This document shows, one piece after another, positions 60,674 through 64,000 of a stretch of 64,000 nucleotides of DNA. Under the pieces are notes generated by a model that worked only from the letters and a program-made list of their open reading frames with translations, did not search any database and was not told where the DNA came from. The stretch's first letter is position 1, and every line of letters starts with the position of its first letter. Both the position numbers and the translations under genes were made by a program. The DNA comes from Podospora anserina (Eukaryota): assembly GCA_017654855.1 (NCBI GenBank), contig CM030332.1, positions 3,782,001 through 3,846,000 on the forward strand. Reading direction: 5' to 3'.

Positions 60674-61519
60674 ATGACAGTCGAGCCAGAAGCTCCGTCA
60701 ACGACAGACGCAATAGACTCGAGGCGATGGAGGAACATGCCCGGATCGTACCCATCACCGACTCAATCGCGGCCAGACTCTCCCATGCCAACGTCCAACA
60801 CCCCGGCCAGCGATAGCCCCTAGAAAGGTACTCCCGATGCCACAACCGACAGCAGACAATCCATCACCTTCTCGCCCCTCTCCCAAAATCCCAGCAGTTC
60901 GCCGGCCTCGATTGCCTACTTCTCACGAGCTCGCAGTGCTGCCTCGTCCCATGCCCAACTCGGGGAACCTTCAATAGCATCCAGCTCATGCTCTGCTGCC
61001 TTTCGGCCAGCCCTCTCATGGACCACACATCAGGGCACCCCGTTCAGTTTCTTCAGCGCTACCAAGTCACCAGACCATTTCATTGTCGACTTTTCGGACC
61101 GAGCCCTCTCCTCGTTGGCAACCCCTTCGCCACCTGCACGGTCAACCGCCCCCCCGTCAGGGACAGAAAAGACTACGCCATCACCACCACCACCACCCAA
61201 GCATTCCATCAAGGGTAGGGCGAAGCGGCGGAAGAGCAGGGCCCTCAGTTTCTTGGACCCAGACCTGAGATTTGCGCTTTGTCTCATCTGTGTATGGGCC
61301 TGTCTCTTCTTTTCGTTTTGCAGTCTCTTCTTGGTTGGATCTTGCTGGGGATGGTGGGGAGGTCGCAAGAACAACCCCTGGTCACCCGATCGTTCATGTA
61401 TCAAGCACAAATCTCTCATGAAGCAATACGAGGACCAACGCGAGCTGAGGCAGTACGGTGTACGACAGCCAGTCATACACGCAAATGGCCATGGCGGACC
61501 TTCTGGGCCTCGTGGCTGA
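60674..61519 (+). other. 281-codon reading frame interrupted by one in-frame TAG (60821-60823): candidate A-to-I-corrected gene or pseudogene; Ser/Pro-rich with one C-terminal transmembrane segment
   Basis: ORF-track entries 60398-60823 and 61115-61519 share a frame, and manual translation shows 60824-61114 has no stop. Contains MPGSYPSP, basic GRAKRRKSR and hydrophobic FALCLICVWACLFFSFCSLFLVG. Confidence 0.5.
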
Positions 61520-61604
61520 TGGGATGGAGAACATGTGCCTTGAAAGCAGCGCTAGAAAAGCATACATCAGTAGTAAGATTGATAGTACGTACGAGAGCTT
61601 GACT

Positions 61605-62421
61605 CTACTCGGATTGCTCATCTTTCAGTGCCATGGCAATACAACTAAACCTCAAGTCTTGCCCACCAGACTCGTGTTCCAACTTGATTATCCTACCCAG
61701 ACCTAACTCCAACGCCTTGGGGCTTAGGACGTCTTCGTCATCCCCTAGCTCACCCCTGTCCAACGGACCCTCTCTGCTCCCTTCCAACTCCCAGAGCCGT
61801 CCGTTTGCTTTGACGTAACCGACGAAATGTTGGCCTAGCCCTACGGACCTGTCTCTTGGCTCGGCGGTATCGCCCATTGCCGCTACGGATTGGTGGGCCT
61901 CTTCAAATGCCTTGTTGTCGTACAATAATTCTGCACGTTCTTCTCTTGGCAACGGGGCTGCGTCCTTGCGAATTTGATCGAGGGTGCTGCCGGGATGGAT
62001 GAGGGAGGCGGCGGGGCCGTTGATAGAGCAGTGGAGGAGGGCGTAGGAGCCGCAGGCGTCGCCGATGGTTTGTTGGAACCATATTATGGGGGCTGAGGAG
62101 GAGGGGTTGCTGTTGCCGTGGTAGTAGGTTTTGGGGTCGCCGAGACGGGCGTCTTCGGATTGGCGGTCGAGGGCCCAGGAGGGGGTGAGGGGAATGATGG
62201 CTATGAGGGCGAGGCAGGGGCGGGGGATGTGGGCGAGGGCTGGGGGGGAGAAGGAGTAGATGTCGTGGAAGGTGATGGAAGGGGGGAGGCCGAGGGTGTG
62301 AGCGAGGGTGGTGAAGACTTCGGGGTGGTTTTCTGGAAGAGGTTAGTGATGAATGTTCGGGGAATAGGGAGAATATGAGGTGTGTACCGAGCATGGTGAA
62401 GTATTTCTTCTCGGTGGCCAT
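61605..62421 (-). CDS. Ubiquitin C-terminal hydrolase, peptidase C12 family (UCH-L3/Yuh1-like), ~253 aa; intron 62387-62333
   Basis: Spliced product MATEKKYFTMLENHPEVF...FHDIYS...WFQQTIGDACGSYALLH...FEEAH...HFVGYVK..GRLWELEGSREGP...LRFSCIAM. Confidence 0.92.
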
Positions 62422-64000
62422 TTTTGCTGGTTCATTCGGTTCCACTATGAAGTCTTCAATTGCACACTTATGAAACACGCTGAGGTTGCAGATTTGGTAG
62501 AAAACGAGCGATGAATTAATTGACTGCTGTTACAAGAAGTAGGGCAGGAGCGGTGTGAGCACGTCAGTCAAGACAGGAAGGAGTACGCAGGCGTCGCTGC
62601 CTGGGAAGCTCTGAAGCTCGCCCACCTATCAGTCCACCCGGCCAGCTCTCCCCCGCAGCTTCATTGCAATTTCCCTTCTCGTATAGGACTCTTCTGCCTT
62701 GTCATTAGTTTGCTTCTTGTGTGCTTGGCATCCTTTCAAATCTGGCGGACATTTATCACGGCCATAGGTTCTAGGATATGGGGAATGGAGGCATGGAAAA
62801 TGGAAAAGTGACTACACCCTCATGTTTGATGTTGACAAGATATCTCACATGGAGCTTGAGGGCCAAATCAAGTTTAGCGCACGATCTCTGGGCAAGCTCG
62901 GCAAGCTCCACCCCCGCATTTTCGGTGGACCCTGGACCCTGGCCATTTGCCCCACATCAACGTCGATCAACGACGACGACAACGATCCATATGACATCCC
63001 AAACATCCCATCAAGAGACGATGAAGGTCACGATAAGTGATATGATGTAGGCTTTAGCAGTCTCAAGTCGCCCATGTCGACGTACTGTTGACAAGCTAGA
63101 GCAGCCTTTTCGTCATTGACGGTTGAGGCTGGATGAAATCTAACGATTCAATGTAGCTCAGTTACTTGGCACATTCTGTCGCCTCAGGTGCACGATTCGG
63201 CATGTCCGAGATCTCAGTCCAACTCGGCCTCCAGATCGCACCTCCCATGATCGTGCTTTGTAAGGCGCATCCAGCACGGCCATATTTATCTGATGGAAAC
63301 ACGCCGCACAGCACCTACCGGCGCCGAAGACAAAGAAACTGCTGACCGGTGGTTGGTTATCCATCCATTCGCAATCCGTGGTCCTCAATTCAAGCCCCAG
63401 AGCTTTGCTTTAGGTAACCAAGTTGGAAACAGGGCGGGGTCAGACCTTCCTATGCATGTACACAACCGTTTCCATGTACATGCATCAAAGCCCTGCTTAT
63501 CACCACCACCCAAGGTAACACTTGACAAACGATGACATGACCTCCCGGACCCTGGGAAGCTCCGTTCTACCTCTCCCAGTTCCCACACTAGTAGGCCACT
63601 GCCCCGGACAATTATTTGAAAACAAAAAAAGAACGTTGCTGCTGGCTTGCATGACACCCACCCCTTCAGGGTCCAGAAAAGCGTCAAGTCCATTGATGAG
63701 ATCATCATGATTAGCTCACCCCCGGTCCCAATCGCAAGGTTCCAGCCCATGATCCATGATCTGAGGTAGGTAGGTAGCTTAGCTTTCCACCTCCGCTGAG
63801 AGACCGTCAGGAGTGGGCAGATGATAATGCAGTCGCACGCACCCCTTCTTTCTTCTTAAACCCCGCTCCTGCCCACAAATCTTTCCAAACCTTTCTTCTG
63901 TTCCCCTCCAAGCTCAACTCGAATACAAACACATCGTGAACACAAACCAGGGCTTTTCAACGGAGAGCTCTCTCAGGATCCACCTTTGTCGATAGTGTAA

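Noticed and set aside
62642-63040. Frame with two TAGs followed by VLGYGEW...; possible second editing-dependent gene
   Set aside because: No clear start, short and no recognisable domain; evidence too weak.

Overview
Eukaryotic DNA from a filamentous ascomycete, most likely a Sordariomycete/Sordariales (Podospora-like; inferred from gene content, 50-120 nt GT-AG introns with CTRAC branch sites, and RIP-type mutations). About 16 protein-coding genes are supported: a large ankyrin-repeat protein (5' end outside the window), Kar9, a conserved protein with a CH-like C-terminus, a RecQ/Sgs1/QDE-3 helicase, an Upc2-like Zn2Cys6 factor, Rpf2, an AIG2-like gamma-glutamylcyclotransferase, an NRT2 nitrate transporter, a DUF1275 membrane protein, cystathionine gamma-lyase, a DUF1765 protein, a CYP505 P450-reductase fusion, an Acr3 arsenite exporter, a secreted Gly/Leu-repeat protein and a UCH-family deubiquitinase. 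A complete 1294-bp Tc1-type (DD34E) transposon, inactivated by RIP-like transitions, sits 160 bp upstream of rpf2. The most notable observations are: (i) a 281-codon frame at 60674-61519 broken by a single in-frame TAG in a context favoured by sexual-stage A-to-I editing (candidate stop-codon-correction gene, split in two by the ORF track); (ii) a secreted protein built of temporin-like amphipathic 'GLPILGPLL' repeats with a KR site; (iii) a stop-free in-frame intron inside a zinc-cluster DNA-binding domain; (iv) a recurrent C-rich to G/T-rich switch along coding strands. No rRNA, tRNA or CRISPR was recognised. All calls are by eye; no searches were run.
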